Assembly: GCA_043803815.1 (NCBI GenBank)
Contig: JAZDJR010000005.1
Location: forward strand, 1 to 39,544
Direction: 5' to 3'
DNA: 39,544 nt
From: Candidatus Micrarchaeota archaeon
Lineage (GTDB): Archaea; Iainarchaeota; Iainarchaeia; Iainarchaeales; JAGVWC01
Part shown: in pieces, positions 19,067 through 29,095 of the stretch
How positions within the stretch are numbered: the stretch's first letter is position 1
Layout of the letters: every line of letters begins with the position of its first letter
Notes under the pieces: generated by a model
Databases searched by the model: none
Seen by the model: only the letters and a program-made list of their open reading frames with translations
What the model was told of the DNA's origin: nothing
Translations under genes and position numbers: made by a program

Positions 19067-20368
19067 AACGGCCCCTGCAATCGAAAGCAAAACTCCCGAT
19101 TTAATCAGGTCTTTGACGCGGATATAACCCGTTCCATAGGCCAAAGCGGACGGCGGAGTGCCCATTGGAAAAATAAAATCCATGGAAACGCCGATGGCGG
19201 AGACCACCACAAGATTCGTCATGTTTACGCCCAATACAACGGATAGCGCGGTAATAATCGGAATCAAAACCGCGGACGCCGCGGTGTTGCTAATAAAACT
19301 CGTGAGTAAAATCCCGATTATTGCAACGCCGAGCAAAACGACAAAATACGGTTGGTTGGCCAAAGCGGTTCCAAGGGCTGATGAAAAGGAATCCGCAAGG
19401 CCGGACGAGGTAATTCCAAGGCCGAGCGCGATTCCGCCGCCGATTAAAATCAGGGAGCCCCAGTCTATTTTTTGAAAATCCTTCGGCTCAAGCAAATTAA
19501 AAACCGAAAATAGGATGATGGGAATCAACGCGACTACGCTGTTGTGGATGCCGTGAATGCTTTCCGTTACCCAAAGCAAAACAGTAAACAAAAAAATAAC
19601 GGCGACTTTTTTCTGGTTCTGTGTAAAAGGATTCGTGTGCCGGTCGAGTTCGACGGTTTTGATTTCGGATTTGAAAACCGTTTTCAAAACCAGCCACGCG
19701 GCTAGTAGCAGCGCAATCATGAACGGAAAGCCGCGAATCAGCCATTCGACAAACCCGAAAGACAGGCCGTTTTCCGCCAAAAACTTTTGCGCCAAAACAT
19801 TCGGCGTGCTTCCAATCAAAGTTCCGATGCCGCCGATAGTAGCGCCGTACGCAACCGCGATTACCATCGCTTTTCCAAACTGCGAGTTGCCCGCTTTGCA
19901 CTTGTTTTTGGACAGCACGACAAGCGCAATCGGCATGCAAATAGCGGCGGCCGCGGAATTGGCCATCCACATAGACAACGCCGCGCTTACAAAAAGCATT
20001 CCCAATAAAACCATCGAAGCGCTGGAACCAAATCGCCCCAATAATTTGTTGGCCAAATATTCGTCTAATTTGTGCTTGCTTAAGGCAACGGCCAGTACAA
20101 AGCCGCCGAGCACCAAAACAACGACTTTGTCAAAAAACTGGGCGAATACTTTGTCCGGGCCAAAACCGCCGATTGTGACCAGTAAAAACGCGGCCAATAA
20201 AGCGGTTACGTGCAGAGGAATCGCTTCGGAAATCCAAAGGACAAATGCCAGAACGATAATTGCCAAAACGGTTTGGGCGGAAGAAGGCAGGGATAAGGGA
20301 AGACCATAGGCCACAAACGCGAGGAGGATTGCAAGGCCCATTATCGCATATCGCCGCTTTTCATCCAT
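19025..20368 (-). CDS. SLC13/DASS family anion (di/tricarboxylate, sulfate or phosphate) symporter
   Basis: LWISEAIP, SMWMANSAA, ATIGGIGTLIGSTPN, FISNTASA and FPMGTPPSA. Confidence 0.92.
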   Translation of the reverse strand: MDEKRRYAIMGLAILLAFVAYGLPLSLPSSAQTVLAIIVLAFVLWISEAIPLHVTALLAAFLLVTIGGFGPDKVFAQFFDKVVVLVLGGFVLAVALSKHKLDEYLANKLLGRFGSSASMVLLGMLFVSAALSMWMANSAAAAICMPIALVVLSKNKCKAGNSQFGKAMVIAVAYGATIGGIGTLIGSTPNVLAQKFLAENGLSFGFVEWLIRGFPFMIALLLAAWLVLKTVFKSEIKTVELDRHTNPFTQNQKKVAVIFLFTVLLWVTESIHGIHNSVVALIPIILFSVFNLLEPKDFQKIDWGSLILIGGGIALGLGITSSGLADSFSSALGTALANQPYFVVLLGVAIIGILLTSFISNTAASAVLIPIITALSVVLGVNMTNLVVVSAIGVSMDFIFPMGTPPSALAYGTGYIRVKDLIKSGVLLSIAGAVLLAIFAFLGWPVI

Positions 20369-20435
20369 TCAAAAAAACCCGTTATGACGAAAACAAACCC
20401 TTTCTTAAAAAGCCTTTTTGTAGCCAAAGTTAGGC

Positions 20436-21701
20436 ATGAAAAAACCGCTTCATAACATGAGCCTTAATGCCCTAAAAATAGCGGATTCTAGGGTTTACGA
20501 GCTTGTTTTGGCCGAGCAGGACCGCCAAATGCAGGGGTTAGAGCTGATTCCCTCCGAAAACCTGGTCTCGCGGCCTGTACTGGAAGCCATGGGAACGGTT
20601 TTGACCAACAAGTACTCCGAGGGTTATCCAGGCAAGCGGTATTACAGCGGAAACGAATTCATCGACCAAATCGAACAATTGGCCATTGACCGCGCCAAAA
20701 AACTGTTCAATGCGGAGCATGCCAATGTCCAGCCCCACGCCGGTTCTCCCGCCAACATGGCCGCGTTTTATGCCGTGCTAAAGCCGGGGGACAAATTCAT
20801 GGGCCTCAAGCTGACCGAAGGAGGGCATTTGACGCACGGGCATCCCGTGAATTTTTCGGGAAAATTATACCAAAGCGTCCAGTACGGCGTCGACCGCGAA
20901 ACGGACATGCTGAATTACGACGAAATCCAAAAAATGGCGGAAAAAGAAAAGCCGAAACTGATTTTGTCGGGCTACACCGCGTATCCGCGCAAAATCGATT
21001 TTAAAAAATTCCGCGAAATTGCGGACTCTGTCGGCGCGATTTGCATGGCGGACATCGCGCACATCGCTGGCCTTTGCGCAACAGGGGCGCACGAAAATCC
21101 GGTTCCATATTTTGACATTGTAACTACCACCACGCACAAAACGCTTCGCGGTCCGCGCGGCGGAATGATTATGTGCAAGGAAGAACTTGGGGTTGCCGTG
21201 GACAAGGCGGTTTTTCCAGGTTTGCAGGGCGGCCCTATTGAAAACCTGATTGCGGCAAAAGCCGTCGCGTTTGGGGAAGCGTTGCAACCCGAATTCAAAA
21301 ATTATGCCGAGCAAGTGGTCAAAAATGCTCGCGTGCTGGCGGAAGAACTGATGAAATTCGGCTTGCGTCTCGTGACCAATGGAACCGACAACCATTTGAT
21401 TTTAATCGACACGATGAACAGCAAAAACCTTCCGGGAAAAACCGCGGAAAACGCCTTGGAAAAAGCGGGCATGTACTGCAACAAAAACACGATTCCTTTT
21501 GACCCGCGAAGCCCTTGGGACCCCAGCGGAATCCGCATAGGAACCCCCACGTTGACCACGCGCGGAATGAAAGAGGCGGAAATGAAAGAAGTCGCGAAAT
21601 TCATGGTCCGCGCATTGGACAAACCAAGTGACGAAAGCGAACTGAAAAAAATCAAAACCGAAGTCCAAGGGTTTTGCAGGGAATTCCAGTTCTACGGCTG
21701 A
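20436..21701 (+). CDS. glyA: Serine hydroxymethyltransferase, bacterial type
   Basis: [33 protein letters not shown]-lysine motif [14 protein letters not shown] and SGIRIGTP. Confidence 0.97.
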   Translation: MKKPLHNMSLNALKIADSRVYELVLAEQDRQMQGLELIPSENLVSRPVLEAMGTVLTNKYSEGYPGKRYYSGNEFIDQIEQLAIDRAKKLFNAEHANVQPHAGSPANMAAFYAVLKPGDKFMGLKLTEGGHLTHGHPVNFSGKLYQSVQYGVDRETDMLNYDEIQKMAEKEKPKLILSGYTAYPRKIDFKKFREIADSVGAICMADIAHIAGLCATGAHENPVPYFDIVTTTTHKTLRGPRGGMIMCKEELGVAVDKAVFPGLQGGPIENLIAAKAVAFGEALQPEFKNYAEQVVKNARVLAEELMKFGLRLVTNGTDNHLILIDTMNSKNLPGKTAENALEKAGMYCNKNTIPFDPRSPWDPSGIRIGTPTLTTRGMKEAEMKEVAKFMVRALDKPSDESELKKIKTEVQGFCREFQFYG

Positions 21702-21707
21702 AACTGC

Positions 21708-21720
21708 TTTTTTCTTTTTT
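21708..21720 (+). terminator. Oligo-T terminator after glyA
   Basis: TTTTTTCTTTTTT directly after the stop codon. Confidence 0.5.
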
Positions 21721-21873
21721 CGTTCAGGGCCGGTAGCTGCCGCTAATCGAACGGACGCCAATTTAATCCAAAAATTTGACATTTGGATTTTCTTTAAAAT
21801 ATGAGCCGCCGGCCAAAATTTTGTTAATCGTGGGTTTTTAATTCGTCTTTTTGAGTAAACTGGCCAACGTCTT

Positions 21874-24800
21874 TTAATGAACCAAAATACTCTTTTGGTT
21901 TGGAATTTGTTGTTGCTCTTTTAATGCGGCATGGGCGGCCGCTAACCGTGCAATCGGCACGCGGTAAGGCGAGCAGCTGACGTTGTTCAGGCCGATTTTG
22001 TGGCAGAATTCGACGCTTTCGGGGTCTCCGCCGTGCTCTCCGCAGATTCCGATGTTTATGTCGGGGTTGGTTTTGCGCGCGGCATCGACCGCCATTTTCA
22101 TTAATTGCCCGACGCCGTCCTGGTCGATGGAGACAAACGGGTCGGTTTCGAAAATCTTTTTGTTCAAGTACAAAGGAATAAATCGTCCCGAGTCGTCGCG
22201 CGAAAAGCCGAGCGTGGTTTGGGTCAAATCGTTGGTTCCAAAAGAAAAAAATTCGGAGTGCTTGGCGAGTTCGCCGGCCATTAATGCGCCGCGCGGAACT
22301 TCGATCATGGAGCCGATTTTGTAGGCGATTTTTCCTTTGGCTTTGGTTTGCACCGCGATTTTTTCAATCATTTCTTTTAAAATCAAAAATTCTTTTTCAA
22401 ATCCGACAAGCGGAATTTCGATTTCGGGAACAGGAACAACGCCTTTTTTGGAAACGTTTAAGGCGGCTTCAAAAATGGCTCGTATCTGCATTTCGTTGAT
22501 TTCGGGGTAAACGATTCCAAGCCGTACTCCGCGAAACCCGAGCATGGGGTTGAATTCGTGGAGCTCGTCGTTAATCCTGCGGAGCTTTTCCAACGGAACG
22601 TTCATTTCGCGGGAAATTTCCTGCAGTTCTTTTTCTTCCTTTGGCAAGAATTCGTGCAAAGGCGGGTCCAATAAGCGGATAATGACGGGCTGTTTGTTCA
22701 TTACGGTAAACAATTCCTCAAAATCTGCTCTTTGAAACGGCAATAATTTGTCCAATGCCAGTTTTCGGGCAACAACATTGTCCGCTAAAATCATTTCGCG
22801 GACCGCTTTGATGCGGCTGGCTTGGAAAAACATGTGTTCGGTGCGGCACAAGCCGATTCCTTGGGCGCCGAATTCGCGGGCTTTTTTGGCGTCTTTTGGG
22901 GTGTCGGCATTGGCGCGGATTTCGAGTTTGCGAAACGAATCCGCCCAGGACATCAAGGTTTCAAAATCGCCGGACAATGTAGGTTCGGATAATTCCAAAG
23001 AGCCCAAAAAAACTTCTCCCGTGGAGCCGTCAAGGGAAATAAAGTCGCCTTCCTTGATTTTGAGTTCTTTTTCTTTGGTTTTGACCGTAAAAAACCGTTC
23101 GTGTTCGTTGACCTGGATTTGGGAACACCCTGAAATGCAGCATTTTCCCATTCCGCGCGCTACGACGGCGGCGTGGGAATTGGAAACCAAAACGGGGGTG
23201 TAATTGTTTGTAAAAACAACGAAGTTTTTGTCCAGTTCTTCAGTAGAATCCACTTCAATGTTGTAAACAATGTTTTCCCCGGAGTCCTGAACAAAGTCAA
23301 CTCGGTTATTATGAACATCGGAATTCAAAATTTTTTTTAGTTCTTCTTGGCTATTTTTTGGATATATTGAAAGCCATTTTTCCAGCATTAATGAAGCGTT
23401 TACCATTCGTTTTCCTTTGATGGCTTGTTTTATTTTTCCTTCTAAGTCTTTTTCCAGTGAAATATCGTCGAATAATTGTTCAACCGCAAAAAGCTTTCGG
23501 CCATATTTTGTTTTGTGCATTTCGTGTTTAACCCGTTTGGTAAATTGCAGAACCCGTGCGGCTTCGGACAAAAGCTGGATATGGGCGATTGTCCGGTTTT
23601 TGGTTACTTGGGCAAGTAATCCCAAACGGAGACTGGCCAATACAACCCCTTTGGTTACTGGTCCTTTTCCAGTAAAAATATGGATGCGATTGTCGTGAAA
23701 AGAGCCATCTCCGTCAATTACGCCGGCCAAAAAGTTCCACAATCCGGTTTCATCCAACGAGAAAATGAATTGTTCAATATTTTCACGAATGTGCGCCAAA
23801 TAATACGCAGCTTCTTTTCTAGACGCGATAAAATCGGTTGCGCTTCCGCTAATTTGCCTTCCCCTTAAAACCGAATTGGTGCATTTGACCCTTTCAAGTG
23901 AAAAACCGTATCCGAATACCGTCTGAAAGTTTTGCTTAACCTGTGCGATAAAATCCTCTTTTTCAACGGTCTGCTTTTGCGTAAAAATAACTGTTCCCTT
24001 GGTTTTTCGCAATGCCAAATGACCATCCGTAAAAATAGCTCCGACCAAATAGGGCAATTCAGGGATAAACTTAGACCCAAAATCAATCGAGGGGGCCGTT
24101 GTTGGAATCTTGTCCACCACTGTCACAAATCCTTTTTTGGCTAAAATCTCGGTAATCGGTTTTTTCACCAGTTTTCGATTTTCAAAAAAATACATTTTGT
24201 GGTCGGGTGTCAGGGTCAAAAGATTTTGGCGGGTAATACCTCGGGAGGATATCCCTATTTGAATAGTCGGTTTTTTGTTTTTGCCAACAGCAACAATTTT
24301 TTTCCACTGCGATTTAAGGTTTTTAGAATCAAAAGACAAAATCGATAGCCGTTTTCCTTTTTCAATATTCTCAAAAACGCTTTGAATCGACATAAAACCT
24401 TGATTTGTCAAAATAATCGTTTCTCCAACAAAGCAAGTTAATCCGCCCGTGGAAGTCAGTATGCCTTGCGCGACGTTCATTCCTTCGATGTCTTCGGGCG
24501 ATGTTTCGGGGCGCACCAAAATGACTTTGGCGCCGGGTTCTTCTGAAATTTCGTGAACCGCCTGTCCGGCTGAAAAAACGGCTTTTCCAACCGCGGCTCC
24601 TGGGCTGGTCGCAAGTCCGCTTGCGATTTTAACCGCGGTTTTTTTGGCCGAGGAATTCAATTGCTTGTGTAATAGCTGATTGAGCTGGTCGGGATTTACC
24701 CGCAAAACCGCTTCTTCTTTGGTAATCAGTTTTTCATTGGCCATGTCAACCGCTATTTTTACGCCGGCTTGCGCGGTTCTTTTTCCTGAGCGTGTCTGCA

Positions 24801-25812
24801 ATAAAAACAATTTTTTTGTTTCAACCGTAAACTCAAAATCCTGCATGTCGCGGTAATGCTTTTCCAATAATAAGCGGATGCGGTTCAGTTCGGCGTACAG
24901 GGGCGCGTTTGTTTTTTGCAATTCGGCTATCGGCTGCGGCGTCCGGATGCCCGCGACCACGTCTTCGCCTTGCGCGTTGACCAGATATTCGCCGTAAAAC
25001 GTGTTTTCGCCAGTCGATGGGTTTCTGGTGAACGCAACTCCCGTGCCTGACGTTTCTCCTGTGTTTCCGAATACCATGGCTTGCACCGTGACTCCGGTTC
25101 CCGCGTCTCCGGGCAATTTGTTGATTCTGCGGTAGGATAAGGCGCGTTCGGAATTAAACGAATCAAACACCGCGTTAATTGCCAATCGCAGTTGTTCAAA
25201 TGCGTCCTGCGGAAACGGGTTTCCGGTTTTTTGCAAAACGATTTTTTGGTAATCCAAAACCAATTGCTTGAGGTCGTTGGCGGATAATTGGTAGTCAAAT
25301 TCGATTTTTTTTTCTTTTTTCAGTTCAAACAGTTTTTTTTCAAATTCCGAAATGGAAACATTAAGCACCACATCGGAAAACATCTGGATGAGCCTGCGGT
25401 AGCTGTCGTAGGCCATGCGGGGATTGCCGGTTTTTTTGGCGAGGCCTTCGACGGTCCGGTTGTTTAATCCCAGATTCAGAATGGTTTCCATCATGCCGGG
25501 CATGGAAACAAACGAGCCCGAGCGAACCGAAACCAACAGCGGATTGGTCGTGTCCCCAAATTTTTTTTGGGTTTGCATTTCCAGTTCCGCGGTTTTTTGT
25601 TTGATTTGGTCCATTAATCCGTTTGGCCATTGATTGTTATTGGCAAAAAAATAGCGGCAGGCGCCGGTTGCAATCGTAAATCCCTGCGGAACCGGCAGCC
25701 CCATCCGCGTCATTTCCGCGAGTTGGCAGCCCTTATTGCCCAATAAAAACAGGTTTTCCTCCTTTGTTTTTCCGGTTTGGTCTTTGAACGAAAATACTAG
25801 CTGTTCGGCCAT
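21874..25812 (-). CDS. ppdK: Pyruvate, phosphate dikinase, intein-containing
   Basis: LLGNKGCQLAEM, PLLVSVRSG..SMPGMM, NAQGEDVVAGIRTP, GIGLCRTEHMF, FSFGTNDLTQ and GICGEHGGDP. Start at ATG 25812 or GTG 25821. Confidence 0.96.
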   Translation of the reverse strand: MAEQLVFSFKDQTGKTKEENLFLLGNKGCQLAEMTRMGLPVPQGFTIATGACRYFFANNNQWPNGLMDQIKQKTAELEMQTQKKFGDTTNPLLVSVRSGSFVSMPGMMETILNLGLNNRTVEGLAKKTGNPRMAYDSYRRLIQMFSDVVLNVSISEFEKKLFELKKEKKIEFDYQLSANDLKQLVLDYQKIVLQKTGNPFPQDAFEQLRLAINAVFDSFNSERALSYRRINKLPGDAGTGVTVQAMVFGNTGETSGTGVAFTRNPSTGENTFYGEYLVNAQGEDVVAGIRTPQPIAELQKTNAPLYAELNRIRLLLEKHYRDMQDFEFTVETKKLFLLQTRSGKRTAQAGVKIAVDMANEKLITKEEAVLRVNPDQLNQLLHKQLNSSAKKTAVKIASGLATSPGAAVGKAVFSAGQAVHEISEEPGAKVILVRPETSPEDIEGMNVAQGILTSTGGLTCFVGETIILTNQGFMSIQSVFENIEKGKRLSILSFDSKNLKSQWKKIVAVGKNKKPTIQIGISSRGITRQNLLTLTPDHKMYFFENRKLVKKPITEILAKKGFVTVVDKIPTTAPSIDFGSKFIPELPYLVGAIFTDGHLALRKTKGTVIFTQKQTVEKEDFIAQVKQNFQTVFGYGFSLERVKCTNSVLRGRQISGSATDFIASRKEAAYYLAHIRENIEQFIFSLDETGLWNFLAGVIDGDGSFHDNRIHIFTGKGPVTKGVVLASLRLGLLAQVTKNRTIAHIQLLSEAARVLQFTKRVKHEMHKTKYGRKLFAVEQLFDDISLEKDLEGKIKQAIKGKRMVNASLMLEKWLSIYPKNSQEELKKILNSDVHNNRVDFVQDSGENIVYNIEVDSTEELDKNFVVFTNNYTPVLVSNSHAAVVARGMGKCCISGCSQIQVNEHERFFTVKTKEKELKIKEGDFISLDGSTGEVFLGSLELSEPTLSGDFETLMSWADSFRKLEIRANADTPKDAKKAREFGAQGIGLCRTEHMFFQASRIKAVREMILADNVVARKLALDKLLPFQRADFEELFTVMNKQPVIIRLLDPPLHEFLPKEEKELQEISREMNVPLEKLRRINDELHEFNPMLGFRGVRLGIVYPEINEMQIRAIFEAALNVSKKGVVPVPEIEIPLVGFEKEFLILKEMIEKIAVQTKAKGKIAYKIGSMIEVPRGALMAGELAKHSEFFSFGTNDLTQTTLGFSRDDSGRFIPLYLNKKIFETDPFVSIDQDGVGQLMKMAVDAARKTNPDINIGICGEHGGDPESVEFCHKIGLNNVSCSPYRVPIARLAAAHAALKEQQQIPNQKSILVH
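23179..24435 (-). mobile_element. Intein (419 aa) with LAGLIDADG homing endonuclease
   Basis: Junctions GGLT|CFVGET...VLVSN|SHAAVVAR. Block B TPDH, LAGLIDADG-like LVGAIFTDG and FLAGVIDGDG, and block F VYNIEV. Confidence 0.93.
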
Positions 25813-26002
25813 AGTTTTCACTTTCCCGAAAAAATTTTCTGAAAAAACCCGAAAATTCGCCTGAATTTTGTTTTTTTATCCAACTAACCGTTTAACAATT
25901 TGAATAAAAAACCATCGCGGAAAAAAACGGAAATTAAGGCAATTGCCGTTCCCAAGCGGTTTTGACCAACGGTTTTTATACAATTGTTGGTTTAGTGTTT
26001 GC

Positions 26003-27301
26003 ATGCCAAAAATAGACCTAACTGGTTTTTATAAAAAAAACCTGGACGAGCGATTGCAAATCGTCCGGAAATTTGCGGAATTAAGCGAAGAAGAAATCGG
26101 ACAGTTCAAAAAATTCGGGTCTTTGGATTTTGAAACCGCGAACCGCATGATTGAAAACGTCATTGGAACGTTTAATTTTCCCCTTGGAATCGCCACCAAT
26201 TTTATCGTCAACGGAAAAGAAATCCTGGTTCCGATGGCCATTGAAGAGCCGTCGGTTGTTGCCGCGGCATCAAACGCCGCTCGGCTTTGCCAATCCACCG
26301 GCGGATTTACGGCCGGCGCGACCGCGCCGGAAATGATTGGCCAAATACAACTGGTCAATGTAAATGATTCAACAAAAGCCATTCAAAAAATAAAGCAAAA
26401 CGAAAAAAGCCTGATTGAATTTGCCAATTCGTTTGATTCCGTATTAATCAAACTGGGCGGCGGCTGCCGACGGATTGAAAGCCGCGAAATCAAGACCCAA
26501 AGCGGTTCCATGCTGATTGTGCACCTGATTGTGGATGTGCGCGACGCGATGGGCGCCAACGCGGTCAACACCATGTGCGAACGCCTGGCACCCGAATTCG
26601 AAGCAATTACCGGCGGAACCGTTCGTTTGCGCATCATTTCCAATCTGGCTGTTTACCGCCTGGCGACCGCCAAGGCTGTCTGGAAAAAAGAAGAGCTTGC
26701 GGAAAGCATCAAAAATATGGAAATTTCTCCGGACGAAGTCGTGGACCGGATTTTGGACGCGTATTATTTTGCTGACAACGATGTTTTTCGCGCGACCACA
26801 TTCAACAAGGGAATCATGAACGGAGTCGACGCGGTCGCTATCGCAACGGGGCAGGATTTTCGCGCATTGGAAAGCGGGGCGCATTCTTACGCCAATTACA
26901 AAAACGGGGAGTACAAGCCGCTGACTTGGTACTACAAGGATAAAGACGGCAACCTGGCCGGCGAAATCGAGCTTCCAATGGCTGTCGGCCTGGTCGGCGG
27001 CGCAACCAAAACACATCCATTGGCCGGAATCAATTTGAAATTATTAAAAGTCAAAACCGCACAAGACCTTGCGGAAATCATGGCGGCTGTCGGTTTGGCG
27101 CAAAACTTTGCCGCGCAGCGCGTGCTCGCAACCGAAGGCATCCAGCGCGGCCACATGGGTCTGCACGCCAAAAACATCGCTATTATGGCGGGCGCCAAAG
27201 GCGAACAAATCGAAAAAGTCGCGGAACAACTCGTCAAAAACAAAAACGTCAGCGTATCCGCGGCGCAGGAAATTCTGAAGGGTAAAAAATGGCGCGTGTA
27301 A
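26003..27301 (+). CDS. mvaA: HMG-CoA reductase, class II
   Basis: MIENVIG, PMAIEEPSVVAAAS, DAMGANAVN, NKGIMNG, GQDFRALE and GIQRGHMGLHA. Confidence 0.95.
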   Translation: MPKIDLTGFYKKNLDERLQIVRKFAELSEEEIGQFKKFGSLDFETANRMIENVIGTFNFPLGIATNFIVNGKEILVPMAIEEPSVVAAASNAARLCQSTGGFTAGATAPEMIGQIQLVNVNDSTKAIQKIKQNEKSLIEFANSFDSVLIKLGGGCRRIESREIKTQSGSMLIVHLIVDVRDAMGANAVNTMCERLAPEFEAITGGTVRLRIISNLAVYRLATAKAVWKKEELAESIKNMEISPDEVVDRILDAYYFADNDVFRATTFNKGIMNGVDAVAIATGQDFRALESGAHSYANYKNGEYKPLTWYYKDKDGNLAGEIELPMAVGLVGGATKTHPLAGINLKLLKVKTAQDLAEIMAAVGLAQNFAAQRVLATEGIQRGHMGLHAKNIAIMAGAKGEQIEKVAEQLVKNKNVSVSAAQEILKGKKWRV

Positions 27302-27426
27302 ATGTTGCGGGAATGCAGGCATCCAAAAAACCGAAAGACTGGAAGTTTTTGGCAATTTTGATTGTGATTATTTTGTTGTACGCTTTGTCCAAGGTTTTGC
27401 CTTTGCTCAAAACCGTCGGGAAATAG
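27289..27426 (+). CDS. Small single-TM protein (45 aa; alternative start 27313)
   Basis: Manual translation: MARVNVAGMQASKKPKDWKFLAILIVIILLYALSKVLPLLKTVGK*. Overlaps the HMGR stop. Below the ORF-track length cutoff. Confidence 0.55.
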   Translation: MARVNVAGMQASKKPKDWKFLAILIVIILLYALSKVLPLLKTVGK

Positions 27427-27457
27427 GTAAAAAAGGAAAACTTGTTTTTGTGATGCT

Positions 27458-27769
27458 ATGTCAAACTATGTGCTTGTTTTCGATGAAGTTATTTTGGGAC
27501 AATTGAAAAAACTCGGCAAAGATAAGCCAACGAGGGAACTTTTGTCCAAGATGCTTGACAAAATCGAGGAAAACGGCCCAATGGCCGGAAAATTGCTGGA
27601 TTCAAGGCTTCATTTGTTCGAAGTCAAGGCAATGCACCCGCCGATTCGGTTATACTACAAAATCAACGAACTGGCCAAAGAAGCGTATGTTTTTGAATTT
27701 GAAATGAAAACAAGCCCTGAAAAACAAAATCGAACCATCGCTAAAATCAGGGAAAAATCAAAACCCTAA
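27458..27769 (+). CDS. RelE/ParE-like toxin
   Basis: 103 aa: Y.LVF...QLKKL, KMLDKIEENGP.AGKLL, LFEVK, IRLYYKI and AYVF follow the RelE layout. GTGA SD upstream. Confidence 0.65.
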   Translation: MSNYVLVFDEVILGQLKKLGKDKPTRELLSKMLDKIEENGPMAGKLLDSRLHLFEVKAMHPPIRLYYKINELAKEAYVFEFEMKTSPEKQNRTIAKIREKSKP

Positions 27770-27916
27770 GTCTTTTCGGGTGAATTTTTTTCCGTTGGCA
27801 ATGTTTTGTTCGAATTCCAAAAGGCGTTTGTATAATTGGGATGAACGCAAAACGCGCGCTTCCCGTTTTAAAGCCACGTATTCGCATTTTGGAATGGTCA
27901 CAGTTTCTGAAATCAT
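27758..27916 (-). CDS. Small putative antitoxin (archaeal RelB-like)
   Basis: MISETVTIPKCEYVALK...EQNIANGKKFTRKDLGF (52 aa). TVTIPKxEYxxLK and IxxGKxxTxxDL resemble small archaeal antitoxins. Confidence 0.55.
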   Translation of the reverse strand: MISETVTIPKCEYVALKREARVLRSSQLYKRLLEFEQNIANGKKFTRKDLGF

Positions 27917-28040
27917 AATATATGAATAACTCAATAGCAAAATAAAAGGATACTTGTTTTGGATAGTCAATCGTCGAAATTTACCCTGCGGATTAACGAA
28001 GCGTTTTTTAATGCAAAGGCGCATGGTTGATAAGTTATTT

Positions 28041-29090
28041 ATGAAACCCGTTGGAATCGTAGGATATGGGGCTTTTGTGCCCAGATTACGCATTACCGTG
28101 CAGGAAATCGCGAATACCTGGAAAAAAGACGGAGCCAAAATCAGTGCGGGCTTGGGATTAAAGGAAAAAGCCCTGGCCGCAATCGACGAGGACTCAGCAA
28201 CGATTAGCGTGGAAGCAAGCCGCACCGCGCTACAGGTTTCCGGAATTCATTCGCAAAAAATCGGCGCGATTTTTGTCGGAAGCGAATCGCATCCGTACGC
28301 GGTCAAGCCAACGGCAACGATTCTGGTGGACGCATTAAACGCGGGTCCGGATTGCATGGCCGCGGATTTAGAGTTTGCATGCAAAGCAGGAACCGCGGGA
28401 ATACAAATCTGCATGGGACTTGTGGCCAGCGACATGATTGAATACGGATTGGCGGTTGGAGCCGACACCGCGCAAGGAAGGCCGAATGACGCTTTGGAAT
28501 TCACCGCGGGAAGCGGCGGAGCGGCAATGATTATCGGAAAAGAAAAAGAAGAAATGATTGCGACTTTGGACGACACCTATTCGTTTACCACGGATACGCC
28601 GGATTTTTGGCGGAGGCAGCACGCGGACTTTCCGCGCCACGCGGGAAGATTTACCGGAGAGCCCGCGTATTTCAAGCATGTGGAAAACGCGTGCACGGCC
28701 ATGCTCAAAAAAAGCGGGCTTTGCCCGAAAGATTTCGCGTTTGTCGTGTTTCACCAGCCCAACGGAAAGTTTCCCGCAATCGTTGCCAAAAAACTCGGGT
28801 TTTCGGATTTGCAGTTAAAACAGGGATTATTGACGCCGCTTATCGGCAATACGTATTCGGGAGCCACCATGATCGGCCTCTCGTCAGTTTTGGATGCTGC
28901 AAAGCCCAATGACAAAATTTTGGCTGTCAGTTACGGTTCGGGCGCGGGAAGCGACGCGTTTGTACTAACGGTTACCAAAAACATTTTGAAAAAACGGCAG
29001 CCTGTTCCGGTTTTTGAAATGATAAAGGAAAAAGAATACGTTTCGTACGCGGAATACGCCAAGCACAGGAAAAAATTGAAGAGTTTGTGA
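28041..29090 (+). CDS. Hydroxymethylglutaryl-CoA synthase, archaeal type
   Basis: GIVGYG, DEDSAT, GSESHPYAVKP, DLEFACKAGT, TTDTPDFWRR, RFTGEPAYF, FHQPN and GNTYSG. Confidence 0.96.
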   Translation: MKPVGIVGYGAFVPRLRITVQEIANTWKKDGAKISAGLGLKEKALAAIDEDSATISVEASRTALQVSGIHSQKIGAIFVGSESHPYAVKPTATILVDALNAGPDCMAADLEFACKAGTAGIQICMGLVASDMIEYGLAVGADTAQGRPNDALEFTAGSGGAAMIIGKEKEEMIATLDDTYSFTTDTPDFWRRQHADFPRHAGRFTGEPAYFKHVENACTAMLKKSGLCPKDFAFVVFHQPNGKFPAIVAKKLGFSDLQLKQGLLTPLIGNTYSGATMIGLSSVLDAAKPNDKILAVSYGSGAGSDAFVLTVTKNILKKRQPVPVFEMIKEKEYVSYAEYAKHRKKLKSL

Positions 29091-29095
29091 AAAAA

